Source of the DNA: a virus
Taxonomy: Duplodnaviria > Caudoviricetes
Strand: one strand, 5' to 3'
DNA: 64,000 nt
IMG/VR virus record: IMGVR_UViG_3300037400_002156
Coordinates: 32,001-96,000 of that record
Positions 9,622-19,837 of the stretch are shown here, piece by piece (position 1 is the stretch's first letter; the number at the start of each line of letters is the position of its first letter). The notes beneath the pieces are model-generated. The model had not been told where the DNA came from and did not search any database. It was given only the letters and a program-made list of their open reading frames with translations. A program made the position numbers and the translations under genes.

Positions 9622-11157
9622 CTATCTCTTTCTATTCCATAACAGATTATTCTTTAATGTTTTAATATCTGAATAATCTATGTCAACATAATTACAATCG
9701 CAATTCTCAAGCGTACCTATAGAATCATCGCCAAGTAGTATCTTAATTAAGCCAATACGCTTTTTAAACAATTCTACCTTGTACTCATCTATTGTGTTAC
9801 TAACAGTTATAAAGTAAATATTCTGCTTATCATATGTTGTGTCTGCGCGACAAATTCTCCCGCACAACTGCACCAGCTTCCCGCACGACCACGGAAGATG
9901 GAAACATATAATATTATTAGCTCTCTGAAGATTTCGTGACTGTGATGCAGCTTGACTACATAATATAATTTCTTTTAGTCCTAAATTAGATTCAATAGCA
10001 GCTCTAGTCTCTTCTTTTTCAGCGCCAGTTAGACGATATATGGTTTTAAAGCCAATATCATCTTTGTGATCTAATAAAATCTTCTCTGCCAAGTCAAGAG
10101 AATCTTTATATTCAAAATAAATTAAAGTAGATTCATTTCTATCAATTATCTCTTTAACAGTTGATATTAAAAGTTGCATCTTATTAGAAATATGGTCTTT
10201 ATTCTTTTCTATCAAAGAACTATCCGACGAGTCACATATTCTCTGAAGGTCATGTAATCTACTTCCAAAATCTTTCTCTTCAATAGGATTGGCTTCTTCT
10301 GATTTTTTCTTTGATTTAGATTTTGCTTTTACTTTCTCAGGATGGTATAATACATCAAATAAACCAGATGCAGCTAATTTATACGGTTTTTCACTACTCT
10401 CATCTAGATTGCATTCTTTAAATTCAAAGTTTACGTTATAATGTATACATCCTTTAATAATAAGCTTGTCAAGAAGTTCATTAAGCTCTTGCATATTCTT
10501 AAAGCCAACTATCTCAATAACTTTTCTCTGAATATGAGCCCCGCTTCTTGATTTCATATGTATTACATTTTCTTTCGTAATACAATACCTAGCACGAAAT
10601 CTAAACCAAGAAACAAATATTGAAGGATATACGAAGTGTAATACGTTAAATAAGCCCTCAATATCATTTAATAAAGGTGTTGCTGTCATCGCATATATTC
10701 TTTTACAGTAACAGCGTACTTCCCATGCAGCTCTACAGAACACTGATTCAGGATTCTGTAATGAGTGTGCTTCATCTATCACGAGATGACATGTATTTGT
10801 ATTAGCAAGAGATACAAGATCTTCTACATACTTATTAACAAGAGTATTCTCTATAAAAATGTAGCGATGCTTAACCATATCTGAATATGAATACTTTTTT
10901 GAAGTATCTGCTGTAATGAGATAGTATGGCAATCCCATTCGCGTCTTCATTTCTTTCTCAAAAGCAGCTCTTGCTGACTTTGGAATCATAAAGATGCATT
11001 TATCATTATTATCTTTTAATAAATGATACTTCACAAAATGTAAAACACAAAGCGATTTTCCACAGCCCGGACTTAGTGCGAGTATCGCCATCTTCATCTG
11101 CGACATTCTATCTACAGACATCTTCTGTAATTCATTTAATACATAATTATCTGACAT
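9622..11157 (-). CDS. SNF2/SF2 DEAH helicase
   Basis: SPGCGKS, VIDEAH, MTATP, QLCGRICR motifs. Confidence 0.92.
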   Translation of the reverse strand: MSDNYVLNELQKMSVDRMSQMKMAILALSPGCGKSLCVLHFVKYHLLKDNNDKCIFMIPKSARAAFEKEMKTRMGLPYYLITADTSKKYSYSDMVKHRYIFIENTLVNKYVEDLVSLANTNTCHLVIDEAHSLQNPESVFCRAAWEVRCYCKRIYAMTATPLLNDIEGLFNVLHFVYPSIFVSWFRFRARYCITKENVIHMKSRSGAHIQRKVIEIVGFKNMQELNELLDKLIIKGCIHYNVNFEFKECNLDESSEKPYKLAASGLFDVLYHPEKVKAKSKSKKKSEEANPIEEKDFGSRLHDLQRICDSSDSSLIEKNKDHISNKMQLLISTVKEIIDRNESTLIYFEYKDSLDLAEKILLDHKDDIGFKTIYRLTGAEKEETRAAIESNLGLKEIILCSQAASQSRNLQRANNIICFHLPWSCGKLVQLCGRICRADTTYDKQNIYFITVSNTIDEYKVELFKKRIGLIKILLGDDSIGTLENCDCNYVDIDYSDIKTLKNNLLWNRKR

Positions 11158-11242
11158 AAAATTTCCTATATTAAAAACTTTTCAAAGTTTAATATCAATT
11201 CAATATCTACATATTGTAACCCACTAATATAGGAGATATTAT

Positions 11243-11461
11243 ATGAGTAGCAAAACAACAGATACTGAAAATAGAACAAACGTCAATGTCTCAAAAGAGT
11301 TTAGAGACAAAATGCAAAAAGCGACTTCTTTGTATTACATTAAAACTGGAAAGAAAATTACAATTGGCAATGCTGTTGAAGCGATTATAGATGGTTGTGA
11401 TGAAACACTTTTAAATATATACAAAGAATCCTGCAAACTTGCAAATTCAATGGAGAAGTAG
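11243..11461 (+). CDS. Small putative DNA-binding protein (ribbon-helix-helix-like)
   Basis: 72 aa, AGGAG RBS, RTNVNVSKEFRDKM strand-helix pattern; co-oriented with the endonuclease. Confidence 0.55.
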   Translation: MSSKTTDTENRTNVNVSKEFRDKMQKATSLYYIKTGKKITIGNAVEAIIDGCDETLLNIYKESCKLANSMEK

Positions 11462-11463
11462 AG

Positions 11464-12342
11464 ATGAATCAGAAAGAATGGAAAACATCTGGCAAATTTC
11501 CTGGTAAATATAAATGGTATAATCAAACAAGAAAATTTCAAAGATCTTTGTGTTACGAATCAGATCCTAACGCTAATATAATCCATCATCTTAGAGATAC
11601 AGAAGAGCAAAGAAATTATAATGATACTCATTACGAGTATTGGGGATTCAATGAAGATGGTACTTTTGAGTATGGTAAATATGTAGTCTTTGTAACTGAA
11701 GAGTGGCATAATAATTATCACGCACATTCAGAAGAAACTAAAAGTAAAATACGTAAAGCCCATGAACAATATTGGACTGAAGAAAATAGAATGCTATGGA
11801 GTGTTCAGATGTCTGGTGAAGGTAATGGGTTTTGTGGAAAACACCATAGTGATGAAACCAAAACACTTATAAGTAAAAATAGATCTGGAAAATGTGTGGG
11901 TGAAGATCACCCATTTTACGGAAAGCATCATACTGACGAATCTCGTAAGAAAATGAGTGATGCTCTATCTGGAAACAAACATCCTAGATTTGGTAAGTAC
12001 GGTAAAAATAACCCTATATACGGAAGAAAGCAATCTGAAGAAGCTAAAAAGAAAATAAGTGAAGGTAATAAAGGTAAATGTGCTGGAGAAAAGCATCCAT
12101 TTTATGGAAAACCAGCTTGGAATAGAGGGAAGAATATGTCTGATGAGTCTAAAGAAAAGATGAGCACTATTGCAAAGCCTAAATTTGCAGAAATGTCAGT
12201 TTACTGCAAAGAATATTGTAAAAATGGAGGCACTATCAAGTGGCAACAATTTCAAAAGTATTTCAATGAATATAAAAGATTATCAGTAAATCACTCTACA
12301 GGTGATTTCATTAAATGGATAAATAACTACGAATTGACTTAG
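11464..12342 (+). CDS. Free-standing HNH-like homing endonuclease with NUMOD3 repeats
   Basis: N-terminal IIHH...WHNNYH; repeated HPFYGKHHTDESRKKMS / HSEETKSKI NUMOD3-type motifs. Confidence 0.85.
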   Translation: MNQKEWKTSGKFPGKYKWYNQTRKFQRSLCYESDPNANIIHHLRDTEEQRNYNDTHYEYWGFNEDGTFEYGKYVVFVTEEWHNNYHAHSEETKSKIRKAHEQYWTEENRMLWSVQMSGEGNGFCGKHHSDETKTLISKNRSGKCVGEDHPFYGKHHTDESRKKMSDALSGNKHPRFGKYGKNNPIYGRKQSEEAKKKISEGNKGKCAGEKHPFYGKPAWNRGKNMSDESKEKMSTIAKPKFAEMSVYCKEYCKNGGTIKWQQFQKYFNEYKRLSVNHSTGDFIKWINNYELT

Positions 12343-12423
12343 CGCGAGTATCGCGGCGTTCATTTTAGACATTCTATCGATCGACATTCGTTGGAGTTCA
12401 TTTAATACATAATTATCTGACAT
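12336..12423 (-). pseudogene. Orphaned original 5' end of the SNF2 helicase
   Basis: MSDNYVLNELQRMSIDRMSKMNAAILALS, then runs into the antisense endonuclease and stops. Confidence 0.85.
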
Positions 12424-12509
12424 AATAACCTACTTAACTACATAAAGAAAAACCCATAATGGAATATACACCATTATGGGCAAGTGTTTAATTATGTTAG
12501 ATATTTGAA

Positions 12510-13367
12510 CTATAATGTATTTAGATACTCAATCTTTGACTTAAGAAAATCACCCAGCTCAACTTCAGGATATTGGTAATCACAATGAAGCGGATCCGTT
12601 ATGACATTAAGTTTCATAATGTCAAAGTTTGTACTGAATAATTTGTAAGCATCAATTAACTTATCAACCCACTTCTTTTCACTATCATTAAAATTTAATG
12701 ATATATTTTTAAGCTGTTCAATTGAAGGGCATTCCCCATTATAGTCAAGTAAGCTAACTATCCTTGCAGCCAGTTTTCTTGGGAACCTTATCACCGGTGG
12801 CTTCAATGTATCACTTGCATCGCCAGCTATAGCTCTAAAAATTGGTAACTTTCTTGGTTCAATTTCAAAGAACTTATCTGCATATTCTGCTTTATAAGAT
12901 TCTTCTGTTGTAATCAAACCCTTAAAAGATTCAATTACAGTGTCTTTGTTAAGTGACTGTAACAAATCTTTATCACCTGACAAAATCTTTTTCCTACCCT
13001 CTAATGTACGCGATAGCGTAAATATAATTTCATCTGATTCATAGTCATTATTATAATATACTTTAATACGATCATTATTTAATAAATGAATAAATGACGA
13101 TAAGCCAGCATAAACATTATATCCGCCTTCTTGTTTACGACCAGATTTATAATCTTCTTTTAATAAACGACGTCCTTTAGGATTCGCCCCATCAAGACAC
13201 AAGTGCACACGTGAATCTTCTCTAGCTAATAGTGACCCAAGCTTTTTACAAAGATAATGTAATTCTGCAAATTCAGAGTATACATGTTGCATTGCAAAAA
13301 AGCCTCTATATAGTAACCAACTTACATCAACTAAATAGTGTATCATAATATAATCCTTATAGTTCAA
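12510..13367 (-). CDS. 5'-3' exonuclease / flap endonuclease (T4 RNase H-like)
   Basis: YLVDVSWLLYRGFFA, YKSGR, YESDEII, SGDKDLLQ, AIAGDASD. Confidence 0.92.
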   Translation of the reverse strand: MNYKDYIMIHYLVDVSWLLYRGFFAMQHVYSEFAELHYLCKKLGSLLAREDSRVHLCLDGANPKGRRLLKEDYKSGRKQEGGYNVYAGLSSFIHLLNNDRIKVYYNNDYESDEIIFTLSRTLEGRKKILSGDKDLLQSLNKDTVIESFKGLITTEESYKAEYADKFFEIEPRKLPIFRAIAGDASDTLKPPVIRFPRKLAARIVSLLDYNGECPSIEQLKNISLNFNDSEKKWVDKLIDAYKLFSTNFDIMKLNVITDPLHCDYQYPEVELGDFLKSKIEYLNTL

Positions 13368-14031
13368 TCACAGTTGGTAGATAAGCAACATCGTAATCTT
13401 CATCTAATATGGAAACATTATAAACTCTTGCAATGTTTCCATTATTTAGTATAGTTTGATGTTCACCATGAGATCCAGTATGAATATGCCCGCATATATT
13501 TAGTTCTATATTAGATTCTAATATTCTAACAAGAAGTTCTTTTGAGCCAAGCTCTTTATTAAATCTGCTAACATATCCAACATCATCTATCATCGGCGGT
13601 TGATGAGTGATTAAAATATCAGTGTCATCATCAAACTCATAAGTTTGATTATGCTGCTTTGAAAAAGCCCAACCATTTGGTGACTCATTATTTGGATTAC
13701 CATAAAATTTCTTACCATCAATTATGATTGAACTATGACATAAATAATGCACCTTATCAATCATTCTGTGACGTACTAAAATTCTATCAAGCTCATCTTC
13801 AAAGAAATTATATGTACCGGCAAAGTCATGATTTCCTGGAATAACTACGACATGATCTGTCTTTAATGATTTCATCCATGGTACAAATCGTTTATCCAAC
13901 CAATGTAAAACAGACACACAGTCTTGTTGGCAATATAAAGGAGACCAGTCTCCGGCAATTACAACAGCATCACATTTATCTCTTATATTTATTAAATTAC
14001 CATGAAGATCTGAGATAGCAATAATTTTCAT
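13357..14031 (-). CDS. Calcineurin-like metallophosphoesterase
   Basis: SDLHG, AGD, PGNHD, THQPP, GHIH. Confidence 0.92.
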   Translation of the reverse strand: MKIIAISDLHGNLINIRDKCDAVVIAGDWSPLYCQQDCVSVLHWLDKRFVPWMKSLKTDHVVVIPGNHDFAGTYNFFEDELDRILVRHRMIDKVHYLCHSSIIIDGKKFYGNPNNESPNGWAFSKQHNQTYEFDDDTDILITHQPPMIDDVGYVSRFNKELGSKELLVRILESNIELNICGHIHTGSHGEHQTILNNGNIARVYNVSILDEDYDVAYLPTVIEL

Positions 14032-14104
14032 ATAAGCTCCAAAATAAAATAGGGTATAGCATAATAACTATACCCTATATACACTATAATAAATATGTGT
14101 TGAA

Positions 14105-14668
14105 TTATTTAGCACCCTGAACTACTTCTTCATGGTAACGGTCAACAGATAATTCTAATGTAACTGTCTGTGCGTTAGCACTATCGAATGAAAAAGACTC
14201 ACCCATTCCAAATGATCTAGGCCATACTCCCTCAAGAGTCCATTTACGAATAATTGAACAGTCTGGAGAATACATATAAAGGGTTCCACTAGCTTTATAC
14301 TGACTTACTAAACCCATTAACTTTGTATCATAATCAAATACTTTATTATACCATTTCTGTAGTGTGTTAACTTGATCACGACCAATTGTATCATAGACTG
14401 TAATTGTAAGATCGTCGTAAGTAGGAGCTGCGGCTACTTTAACGGTGTCATTACCATGTTTTAATGGAATAGCCTCTGATGAAATTTTTGGTGTAGAGAC
14501 ATCCTTTGTTGATAAGCGGATGTGTTCTGCTACATCTGCACCTTCACCAGAAAGAATCTTATCTAGATCAAGTACTATTTCAAAGTGGTTAGTACGCTGT
14601 ACTTCAAAATTTGTTTGAGTTGCAAAATGCCCAGCATGGGTATACTCTTTACCGGCAACTTCTGCCAT
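14105..14668 (-). CDS. Tail tube protein (T4 gp19-like)
   Basis: FEVQRTNHF, YDDLTITVYD, RKWTLEGVWP; next to a sheath-like gene. Confidence 0.85.
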   Translation of the reverse strand: MAEVAGKEYTHAGHFATQTNFEVQRTNHFEIVLDLDKILSGEGADVAEHIRLSTKDVSTPKISSEAIPLKHGNDTVKVAAAPTYDDLTITVYDTIGRDQVNTLQKWYNKVFDYDTKLMGLVSQYKASGTLYMYSPDCSIIRKWTLEGVWPRSFGMGESFSFDSANAQTVTLELSVDRYHEEVVQGAK

Positions 14669-14680
14669 AATAACCCTCCA

Positions 14681-16339
14681 TTATATAACAAAATCTATTG
14701 CGATACTCTCAGCAACGCGAGAGAATAATAATATTACATTTATATTAACTGTTTGATAATTGATAGTGTATGATATATCATAGTCTGAAATTATACCATG
14801 TGATTTAAAATCATCAAGTATATTAAATTTAATATTATCCACACAGCTATCAATATTAAACATTGTATTTAATATAAACTTCTTAGTATCAAGATAATCT
14901 CTTATTAGTTTTCTTAATCTAACAAAGTTTCTTGATACGTGGCTAAATCGTAAATTAGGTAAATTAGATAATGACCTATCGCCATATACTGATGGTGATC
15001 CTATATCAAAAAGCACCATTGAGTTACATTTTAAATCTTTAAGTTTAGAAGCAGAACTTTCTGTTAATACTAATTTTACACTATCATTAGAGATATTCAG
15101 ATCAATAAAATTATTCGTTATATAAGCAGAACTAGTTATCATAAGATTGTAAAATGATAGCAATGCTGCAGAATATTCTACTTTTCTATTATGCGAATCT
15201 ACTAATGAGCAGTCAACAAAATCAGTAGCGTAGCCATAAAATAAATCACAGTTAAAATTGCTATTTAGCTGTAGTGCTTCTCTAAATTTGCCACTCTGTG
15301 ATAAAAGCTGAATTGTAGAGCTCACTGTTAAATCTGGTGCGTTAATAAATAGATATGTATTACAGTCTTCATTAAATGCATCTAATAAATGATTATAAAT
15401 CGCTATCTGTGACTCTGATTCAAGCTGTGTCGTTGAAAATCCTGTCAATATATCATCAGTAATATGTGGCTGTAGTTTAATCATTCTACCCATACATAGC
15501 ATTAACGGCTCTACAGAAAGATTGCTAAGTCTATCTATTGCTTTCATATATGATGATAAAGTGACTGTCTCTTCATCAAAATCATACATATAATCGCTTG
15601 TATGAATGTTATAACGATAATCATCAGTATATATAAAATTAGAATCTCTGTATATAGTAATTTCTGACTCTGAAGTTGATCTTAATAGTATACTGAGTTT
15701 ATCGTTATTAGCCTTCTTTATTAGCTCAGATGCAAGTGTTCTATTATTATTTCCAGAATACAATATCTTTAATTCAAATCCGTTACTTTTAAAGTCACGT
15801 ATTATATCTTCATCAGTGACTGAGTTTGCATCAAAAACAAATTCAATTGTATTATATAGTCTTGAACTATGTAATAGATTAATATCACTAATCTCTTTTT
15901 TAGTAAATCTGTCTAAGTAATACAAATTAACATATAGATGAAGTCTATGACTTTCATCTGTTAACTCTATTGTTTGTATTATAGGCTGGATAAATTTCAT
16001 TTCATGTTTTAATTTATAGCCAACTACCTCAAAGCCATTTTCTATAAAGTAAAACTCTGTATATCCGTTATAATGAATACTATCAAAGCCATCTGTATTG
16101 TTGTACATATCGTAAACTGATGATATGTACATTGGAACACCTCTTCTAATAAGATCATAGGCTAATACAAGATCTGCATACAAAGAAGGGTCAATAAAAG
16201 GGTCACCAAACTTCTCTTCTAATTCATCTGTAGATTTAATAAGATCATACTCAACTTTATTTTTAGGAGTATGACATATAAGAGCACCTATGTTAGATTC
16301 ATTTATCAAAAAGTTGTTTTTAACATTTATTATTGTCAT
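14681..16339 (-). CDS. Second, divergent tail-sheath-like protein
   Basis: KFGDPFIDPSLYADL mirrors NFGDPRIDPEKYVDL of 4104..6518; C-terminal VYGDRSL...LRFSHVSRNFVRL. Confidence 0.75.
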   Translation of the reverse strand: MTIINVKNNFLINESNIGALICHTPKNKVEYDLIKSTDELEEKFGDPFIDPSLYADLVLAYDLIRRGVPMYISSVYDMYNNTDGFDSIHYNGYTEFYFIENGFEVVGYKLKHEMKFIQPIIQTIELTDESHRLHLYVNLYYLDRFTKKEISDINLLHSSRLYNTIEFVFDANSVTDEDIIRDFKSNGFELKILYSGNNNRTLASELIKKANNDKLSILLRSTSESEITIYRDSNFIYTDDYRYNIHTSDYMYDFDEETVTLSSYMKAIDRLSNLSVEPLMLCMGRMIKLQPHITDDILTGFSTTQLESESQIAIYNHLLDAFNEDCNTYLFINAPDLTVSSTIQLLSQSGKFREALQLNSNFNCDLFYGYATDFVDCSLVDSHNRKVEYSAALLSFYNLMITSSAYITNNFIDLNISNDSVKLVLTESSASKLKDLKCNSMVLFDIGSPSVYGDRSLSNLPNLRFSHVSRNFVRLRKLIRDYLDTKKFILNTMFNIDSCVDNIKFNILDDFKSHGIISDYDISYTINYQTVNINVILLFSRVAESIAIDFVI

Positions 16340-17262
16340 GGGTTGCTCTCCTGAGAGTCACTTGGCGGAATCTCAAATCTAAGTACAAAACTATCTGGAC
16401 CAAATTTAGAGTATATCGTCAATAGTTTACCAGAGTTAATTGCATCAATAAACTCTTCTAAGCTGCTAAAGCCTAAACTTTTATAATAAGCTTCAAGATT
16501 ACTATAGCCAGATTCATTAAGCTTATTTAAAAACATATCAGATAGTATATAGTCTTCTAAAGATTCAAATCCAAGCTCTCCAATATACTTTGGTACTACT
16601 TTTGATGATATATTACACTTTTCTAGTGACTTTGATTTATATTTACGATAAATATAAGCGTTTATCTTTGCAGTTATCGTAGCTCTGTATAACGCATTAC
16701 CAGAATCAAAGTTTTCAAGATCAGATGTATCTTCTATCTCTTCTATTAATAAATGGCAGGCTTGTGATTTTACTAATTTATCTCTAGATCCATCTGATTT
16801 AAAATTATAAAAGCCAATATACGGTATTGTAAAAAGGTTTTCTTGTAATTCAACAAGAAGAGTATCAAAGTTATCACGTTCAAGAGATATAACGTCTATA
16901 TAATAGGTTAAATCAAAAGTAGAATTAACAACAGATACAGCGTCATTATGTCCAGTGTTTATTATCTGTATAGCAAGTTCAGGATCATAGTTCTGTAATA
17001 TCTTATGGCCTATGCCAGAATCTGCTGTTAAATAAGTCTGACCTGATTTTGCTCTTGACCATGAGTTATACTCTTTTGAGAAGATTGGACAGTTCGTTCT
17101 TCTAACTACTATAATAGGAAACTCAACATCTTTACCATCTAAAATCTTTTTGTTTCGTATTTCTTGAAGTGGAAGATTTGGCCTCATTACAAAATGAGTA
17201 TTATCATAAAATGTCTTTATTCTATCAACTACGGCAAGATCATAATCTCTAATGTCAAGCAT
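16336..17262 (-). CDS. Putative tail completion/terminator protein (gp15-like)
   Basis: IRDYDLAV, FPIIVVRR and FDLTYYID pattern; position in the neck/tail cluster. Confidence 0.5.
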   Translation of the reverse strand: MLDIRDYDLAVVDRIKTFYDNTHFVMRPNLPLQEIRNKKILDGKDVEFPIIVVRRTNCPIFSKEYNSWSRAKSGQTYLTADSGIGHKILQNYDPELAIQIINTGHNDAVSVVNSTFDLTYYIDVISLERDNFDTLLVELQENLFTIPYIGFYNFKSDGSRDKLVKSQACHLLIEEIEDTSDLENFDSGNALYRATITAKINAYIYRKYKSKSLEKCNISSKVVPKYIGELGFESLEDYILSDMFLNKLNESGYSNLEAYYKSLGFSSLEEFIDAINSGKLLTIYSKFGPDSFVLRFEIPPSDSQESNP

Positions 17263-17270
17263 ATCTTACC

Positions 17271-17744
17271 TCATTCAAATTCTTCTCTTGTAGTTACAAG
17301 GAAATTAGTTTTCATTTGTTTTTCTTCTCGTGGTCTATTAGGCTCATCTTTATATGATATTAGTCTCAAAACGTAATGTACACCTAATAAATATACGCTA
17401 TTTACTTCTCTTATCTGATAGGTGTCACCGTTACATAATCTAATAACATTAAATTCACGAAGGTTATACTTATTACCACAAAGTTCAATTGGTGCGATAG
17501 CTAATATAGATTCTCTATTTACATCAAGAGTATTCCACTTAAGATTTGCTAATAGTCTTGTATCAACATACTCCTGTAATAAAATCTTATATGGTACTCC
17601 TTGCTTTAATATTCTATCATCTAAATACATGTTAGAGCTAGAAATATCATAAAGAGTACAATCTATTCCAAACAATTTAAATGCCTCATCTACTATTTTA
17701 CGAGTCAGGCACATTTCTTTATCTGAAAATAATAATGATGTCAT
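17271..17744 (-). CDS. Putative neck/head-completion protein (gp14-like)
   Basis: EAFKLFGIDCTLY N-terminus; synteny. Confidence 0.5.
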   Translation of the reverse strand: MTSLLFSDKEMCLTRKIVDEAFKLFGIDCTLYDISSSNMYLDDRILKQGVPYKILLQEYVDTRLLANLKWNTLDVNRESILAIAPIELCGNKYNLREFNVIRLCNGDTYQIREVNSVYLLGVHYVLRLISYKDEPNRPREEKQMKTNFLVTTREEFE

Positions 17745-18145
17745 GATCTAGCTCCCTGTGATCTACTATGAGCTTTCTTTTCATGTGAAATCTTTCTTTG
17801 TTGTATATAATCGTTCTGAAATCCTCTAAACTTCAAATAAAGTGAATGTATAGAGTTGTTTATATGTTTAAGCTCTTCATACCAGAATCTCTGGCTTAAA
17901 TCATAAACTATGTAATTAATTAACTTCTGATTTGCAAATCTAATAAGTCTGCCATTTACTAGCTCAATAGAATCTATAACATCTTCTGGTGTATAATAAT
18001 CTCTTGATTTTTCATCTAGAAAATACTTACGATCTTCGTCGTCTTTTATAAATACTCTACATTTTTTAGCTAATACTTTCTTTACATACTGTAAAAGATA
18101 TGTATTGAAGTTAATATCATCATACGGAGAAAGAATAGACTTCAT
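17741..18145 (-). CDS. Hypothetical protein
   Basis: 134-aa ORF with GAGGAG RBS; ATGA-coupled to the next gene. Confidence 0.7.
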   Translation of the reverse strand: MKSILSPYDDINFNTYLLQYVKKVLAKKCRVFIKDDEDRKYFLDEKSRDYYTPEDVIDSIELVNGRLIRFANQKLINYIVYDLSQRFWYEELKHINNSIHSLYLKFRGFQNDYIQQRKISHEKKAHSRSQGARS

Positions 18146-18237
18146 TAAAAACTCCTCTATATTGTTTATAAAAATAAAGGGTAGTACTTAAATTTTGATA
18201 TTAAGTACTACCCTAAATTATTTAATAAATAACACTA

Positions 18238-18702
18238 TTAGCGAGTAAAGCGCTTGCAAAGATTACGACGACGTGACTCTGTAAAACGACGCTCAAGAGC
18301 AGCTAGACGCTCTTCTAAAGAACGCTGATATGATTCTTCAGCAGCCTCTTCATCTTCGCTATTTTCTTCCTCAGCTGGCTCTTCTTCTGATTCAGCTTCT
18401 GTTGGAGTTTCTTCTTCAGCTGGCTCTTCTTCATCTTCTGCTGGAGTTTCTTCTTCGCTCTCACCGTCAGCAGCGGCAATTACTTTTTCGAAGCGAGTGA
18501 TAATATCTTCAAGACGAGCTAGTAAAAGATCTGATTCAGAAGCATCATTCTCTGTCTCTGTCTCTTCATTTACTGAATGAACAGCTGATTCATTCATTGC
18601 ATCTTCTGCTTTTACTTCAGTATCAACAGACTCGTTTTTAGCTTCACGAAGTTTACGCATAATATTCTTAATTTCATCAGTACGACTAATCATAATTAAC
18701 AC
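18238..18702 (-). CDS. Acidic putative prohead core/scaffold protein
   Basis: Glu-rich repeats (EEEPAEEE), several NES/TES motifs, C-terminal LEERLAALERRF helix. Confidence 0.55.
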   Translation of the reverse strand: MLIMISRTDEIKNIMRKLREAKNESVDTEVKAEDAMNESAVHSVNEETETENDASESDLLLARLEDIITRFEKVIAAADGESEEETPAEDEEEPAEEETPTEAESEEEPAEEENSEDEEAAEESYQRSLEERLAALERRFTESRRRNLCKRFTR

Positions 18703-18732
18703 CTCTATTTTATTAAAGTTTTAATAAACTAT

Positions 18733-19383
18733 TTATCGAGTAGCATAGAATAAACCAAGTGCAGTTCCGAGCTTCTCTTCAAGAGCTGTCTTCTCAGTGA
18801 TTCCTTCTTGTTTTAATTCAGATCCATTTGTTTCAACAGGTGAACCGGTTATCTTAATCTTAGATCTAATTTCACCTTCAATACATTTTGTTAAAGCAAC
18901 AGAGTAATCAAGAATCCAATTGACATAATCTTCAGTCATTGTGTTTATTGAGTTATCTGTTATTGCTTCAACAGTAAATGGAGCATTGCCTCCATCAATA
19001 TAAAGAGTATCGCCAATAAGACGGAATCCAATAGGATTAAGATCATCTTGAACTGCATCTGTATAATAATTCCAAACAGCCATGTTCTTAATAGATTGAA
19101 CACTGTTTGTAATATAAAATCCGTAGTTTATAGCCTTATCTATCTTAGCAGTATCTAGATCTGAAGCAGATGTGACTCTAATAACAGCGTATACTCTTTT
19201 GTGGCTAAATTTAACTACCTTACCTGATACAGTGAGAACCTCAACATTATTTAGATATGGAATGACTTTGTTTATTGCAAAATCTATTTGCTTTGATATC
19301 ATGTCATCTGTAATCGCTAAATCAATTACTGGGTAGCCAAGTCTAACTTTTACGTTCTCAAGTATCTGGTTTCTATTAAACAT
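18733..19383 (-). CDS. Neck protein (T4 gp13-like)
   Basis: VKVRLGYPVIDLAIT, WILDYSVALTK..GEIRSK, NGSELKQEG. Confidence 0.85.
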   Translation of the reverse strand: MFNRNQILENVKVRLGYPVIDLAITDDMISKQIDFAINKVIPYLNNVEVLTVSGKVVKFSHKRVYAVIRVTSASDLDTAKIDKAINYGFYITNSVQSIKNMAVWNYYTDAVQDDLNPIGFRLIGDTLYIDGGNAPFTVEAITDNSINTMTEDYVNWILDYSVALTKCIEGEIRSKIKITGSPVETNGSELKQEGITEKTALEEKLGTALGLFYATR

Positions 19384-19828
19384 TGCTATGTTCCTGTAAG
19401 AAAGTAATCAACTCGTCTTTCTTTAGACGACATGATTTACTCGTGATGCGCTTATACTCATTCTTTAAATCATTATATGACATTGAAGCGTAGTCAGATT
19501 TGATATCTTCTTGTTCAAAATTACATGAATCTTCGTCACAGCACGTAACTTTATCTTGTTCAACTAATGTATCTTCAGTTAATGCTTCATTGTCTGCTTC
19601 TCTGTGAACTTTTGTGATAGTGTCTTCTGTGTTAGATACTATTTTACACTCAGCATCTTCTTTAGCTTCCTTATCAACTTTTAAACCGAGAGATTTAGCA
19701 AGTGCAACATAATCTTTATATTCTAATGTTAAAACATTTTCACCAGCATGTAATCTATAATGTTTTCCATCTAAAGAATGAATAACTGTTGAGCGAACTG
19801 CTTTAAGCTTTAAAACTTTCGTGCTCAT
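19376..19828 (-). CDS. Hypothetical protein with C-terminal Rho-N/SAP-like helix-extension-helix
   Basis: YASMSYNDLKNEYK...LKKDELITFL. Confidence 0.55.
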   Translation of the reverse strand: MSTKVLKLKAVRSTVIHSLDGKHYRLHAGENVLTLEYKDYVALAKSLGLKVDKEAKEDAECKIVSNTEDTITKVHREADNEALTEDTLVEQDKVTCCDEDSCNFEQEDIKSDYASMSYNDLKNEYKRITSKSCRLKKDELITFLQEHSNV

Positions 19829-19837
19829 ATATAGCTC

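Larger units (their letters stand above)
11070..12425. repeat. Imperfect 90-bp direct repeat (11070-11159 and 12336-12425) of the helicase 5' end
   Basis: Manual alignment: 17 mismatches in 90 nt, no gaps, offset 1266 bp. Confidence 0.95.

Noticed and set aside
9616-9624. TAG read-through fusing the SNF2 helicase to the next ORF (TAG-CTT-ATG, in frame)
   Set aside because: In-frame adjacency arises one time in three by chance, and the downstream ORF has its own ATG.
11160-12335. Group I intron or intein in the helicase
   Set aside because: The inserted genes are antisense, no intron core is evident, and the duplicated start makes splicing unnecessary.
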